Source of the DNA: an uncultured Candidatus Entotheonella sp.
GTDB taxonomy: Bacteria > Tectomicrobia > Entotheonellia > Entotheonellales > Entotheonellaceae
Assembly: GCA_965217185.1 (NCBI GenBank)
Contig: OZ244252.1
Coordinates: forward strand, 3,936,001-4,000,000
Length of the DNA stretch: 64,000 nucleotides
Direction of reading: 5' to 3'
Under the pieces are notes generated by a model. The model saw only the letters and a program-made list of their open reading frames with translations. It was not told the DNA's origin and searched no databases. The translations under genes and the position numbers were made by a program. Shown here piece by piece: positions 61,711 to 64,000 of the stretch (its first letter is position 1; every line of letters begins with the position of its first letter).

Positions 61711-63684
61711 ATGAAAGTTCTCGTGTGGTTGATCCCGATTCTGCCCGCCGTGGCCGTGCTGATCAACGGCCTGCTGGGGCGGCGCGTCCTGCGCGACAAG
61801 GCCCATTACCTCGGCGTCGGCTCGGTCGGGTTGGCCCTGTTGTGCGCCCTGATCGTCATCCTGCGCGTCATCGCCGACCCGCAGCATCCGATCGAGGCCA
61901 AGCTGTACCCCTGGATTTTTGCCGGCTCCTTCTCGGTGGACATGGGGCTGATGGTCGACTCGCTGAGCGCCGTCATGCTGTTCGTGGTGTGCGGCGTCGG
62001 CTTCCTGGTGCACGTTTATTCCGTTGGCTACATGCACGGCGACCCCAGCTACCCGCGCTTCTTCACCTACCTCAATCTGTTCATGACCTCCATGCTGGTG
62101 CTGGTGCTGGCGGACAATTACCTGCTGATGTTCGTTGGTTGGGAGGGGGTGGGGCTGTGTTCCTACCTGCTGATCGGCTTCTGGTACGAGCGCCGCTCAG
62201 CCTCGGATGCCGGCAAGAAAGCCTTCATCGTCAACCGCATCGGCGACGCCGGGTTCATCCTGGCGATGGCGCTGATTTTCTGGACCACCGGCTCCCTGGC
62301 GTACCACGACGTGTTTGCGGCGGCCGCCGACCACAAGATCACCACCGGCATCGCCACGGCGATCACCCTGCTGCTGTTCATCGGCGCCATGGGCAAATCG
62401 GCGCAGATTCCGTTATACGTGTGGCTGCCCGACGCCATGGAAGGGCCGACACCGGTCAGCGCCCTGATCCACGCCGCCACGATGGTCACGGCGGGCGTCT
62501 ACATGGTGGTGCGCAGCCAGGCGCTGTATCTCCTGGCGCCGGTCTCGATGGACGTGATGGCGGGTATCGGGGCGTTCACGGCGCTGTTCGCTGCCAGCAT
62601 CGCCCTGGTGCAGACCGACATCAAGCGGGTGCTGGCGTATTCCACGGTCAGCCAATTGGGCTACATGTTCCTCGGCTGCGGGGTCGGCGCGTTCACCTCG
62701 GGCCTGTTCCACGTCATGACGCACGCCTTCTTCAAGGGCCTGCTCTTCCTCGGCGCCGGCAGCGTCATCCACGCCATGCACGAGGAGCAGGACATGCGGC
62801 GCATGGGCGGGCTGAGGCGCCACATACGGGGAACCTACGACACGATGTTGCTGGCGACTATTGCGATCGCCGGCATTCCGCCCTTCGCGGGCTTCTGGAG
62901 CAAGGACGAAATCCTGGCCTCGGCGATCAAGGGCGGTCACGTCCTGTGGTGGGTGCTGGGCCTGTGCGCCGCCTTCATGACGTCGTTCTACATGTTCCGG
63001 CTGATCTTCATGACCTTCCGGGGCGAGGAGCGGTTCGACACCGAGCAGGTGCACCCGCACGAATCGCCGCCGTCGATGCTGCAGCCGCTGCGGATTCTGG
63101 CCGTCCTGTCGGTCATCGGCGGCGTTATCGTGGGCATTCCGCCGGAGAACGGGTTGTTTCACAAGTTCGTGGCGCACGCCTTCCAGCATCACGGCGAGCA
63201 TGCCGTGCACGCCTTTCATTTCTGGCCCGACGTGCCCCTCATGCTGCTGTCAACGGTGATCGCGCTCGGCGGTCTGTACCTTGCCTATCTGTTCTATATC
63301 CAGGATCCGGAACGCCCGAAACGCCTGGCGGAAAGATTTGCCTTCGCCTACGAGACGCTGCTCAACAAGTATTACATCGACGAGTTTTACGACGCTTACA
63401 TCGTGCGCCCGGTGATGTGGAGCACCGGTGCCTTGTGGAGCGTCGACGCGCGCGTGGTGGACGGCGTGGTGAACGGCTTTGGGGCCTTCACGCGGCTTTA
63501 CGCCAACTGGTCCGGCATCGTTGATCGCTGGGTGGTCGATGGGGCGGTGAACGGCGTCGGCACCGTCATCCAGAGCGGCTCGCGGGCTTTCCGACTCATC
63601 CAGACGGGTGTGGTGCAGAACTACCTGCTCGTCATGGCCCTCGGGCTATTCGTCTTTGTCACGATTTATTTGATAGTCATATAA
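61711..63684 (+). CDS. nuoL: NADH-quinone oxidoreductase subunit L (copy 2)
   Basis: Same NuoL motifs as copy 1, with a diverged sequence. Confidence 0.96.
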   Translation: MKVLVWLIPILPAVAVLINGLLGRRVLRDKAHYLGVGSVGLALLCALIVILRVIADPQHPIEAKLYPWIFAGSFSVDMGLMVDSLSAVMLFVVCGVGFLVHVYSVGYMHGDPSYPRFFTYLNLFMTSMLVLVLADNYLLMFVGWEGVGLCSYLLIGFWYERRSASDAGKKAFIVNRIGDAGFILAMALIFWTTGSLAYHDVFAAAADHKITTGIATAITLLLFIGAMGKSAQIPLYVWLPDAMEGPTPVSALIHAATMVTAGVYMVVRSQALYLLAPVSMDVMAGIGAFTALFAASIALVQTDIKRVLAYSTVSQLGYMFLGCGVGAFTSGLFHVMTHAFFKGLLFLGAGSVIHAMHEEQDMRRMGGLRRHIRGTYDTMLLATIAIAGIPPFAGFWSKDEILASAIKGGHVLWWVLGLCAAFMTSFYMFRLIFMTFRGEERFDTEQVHPHESPPSMLQPLRILAVLSVIGGVIVGIPPENGLFHKFVAHAFQHHGEHAVHAFHFWPDVPLMLLSTVIALGGLYLAYLFYIQDPERPKRLAERFAFAYETLLNKYYIDEFYDAYIVRPVMWSTGALWSVDARVVDGVVNGFGAFTRLYANWSGIVDRWVVDGAVNGVGTVIQSGSRAFRLIQTGVVQNYLLVMALGLFVFVTIYLIVI

Positions 63685-63693
63685 GGTTTCAAT

Positions 63694-63773
63694 CGTCATT
63701 ACCCGCGCACGCGGGAATCCAACGCCTTTGGCCACCGAAAAACCCTTGGACTCCCGCCTTCGCGGGAGTGACG
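63694..63773. repeat. Paired palindromic repeat (GTCATTxCCCGCG...GCGGGAATCCA / TGGACTCCCGCC..GCGGGAGTGAC), dRS3/REP-like
   Basis: Two inverted hairpin units in the nuoL2-nuoM2 intergenic region. Confidence 0.75.
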
Positions 63774-63834
63774 AGAATTGGCATTACCAAAAGCGGCGTC
63801 TGCGCCACGGATCAGGACATAGGGGAGCTTTTGC

Positions 63835-64000
63835 ATGGAGTACATTCTCGAACACGCAGATTACCTTCTGCCGCATCCCGACGGGGTTACGCCGCTGCTT
63901 ACCTTCATCATCTTCCTGCCGCTGCTGGGCGCCCTGGCCGCCCTGGTGATTCCCAAGACCGAAGTGAGACTGATGAAGGCGGTTGCCGTTTTCTGCACGG
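63835..64000 (+). CDS. nuoM: NADH-quinone oxidoreductase subunit M (copy 2), 5' part only
   Basis: RBS AGGGGAG; LLTFIIFLPLLGAL resembles the nuoM copy 1 N-terminus; open to window end. Confidence 0.75.
   Translation, partial: MEYILEHADYLLPHPDGVTPLLTFIIFLPLLGALAALVIPKTEVRLMKAVAVFCT

Overview
GC-rich bacterial chromosomal window in four blocks. (1) 1-5.5 kb is housekeeping/metabolic: 3' part of alaS, moaC, a small membrane-anchored coiled-coil protein, an enolase-superfamily enzyme and a metallo-beta-lactamase-TPR fusion. (2) About 5.5-26.2 kb is a defence island: an AAA-ATPase/DUF4276-like pair, then a type 3 BREX locus (decayed brxF, brxC, inserted AlbA/Schlafen-ATPase gene, pglXI, pglZ, brxA) in which the expected BrxHII helicase is replaced by a coupled three-gene cassette. 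The BREX locus is bracketed by an imperfect ~150-190 bp direct repeat and followed by a DUF1778/GNAT toxin-antitoxin pair, an intact IS427-type IS5 element, a low-GC DUF262+HEPN pair and a methylase fragment. (3) About 26-49 kb is decaying accessory DNA: globin, two AapJ paralogues, DUF1989, RidA, outer-membrane barrel, an NYN ribonuclease gene behind a promoter/twin-UUCG-hairpin/terminator leader, a PG-binding-FGE protein, two group II intron 3'-end remnants, a pile-up of five IS elements and a TMTC-like GT-TPR gene. (4) 49.6-64 kb is an unusual complex I cluster (nuoL-M-A-CD-E-F-H-J-K-N, with no nuoB/G/I) followed directly by a second nuoJ-K-L-M set. No tRNA, rRNA or CRISPR array was seen. 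All family calls come from motif recognition by eye, not from database searches.
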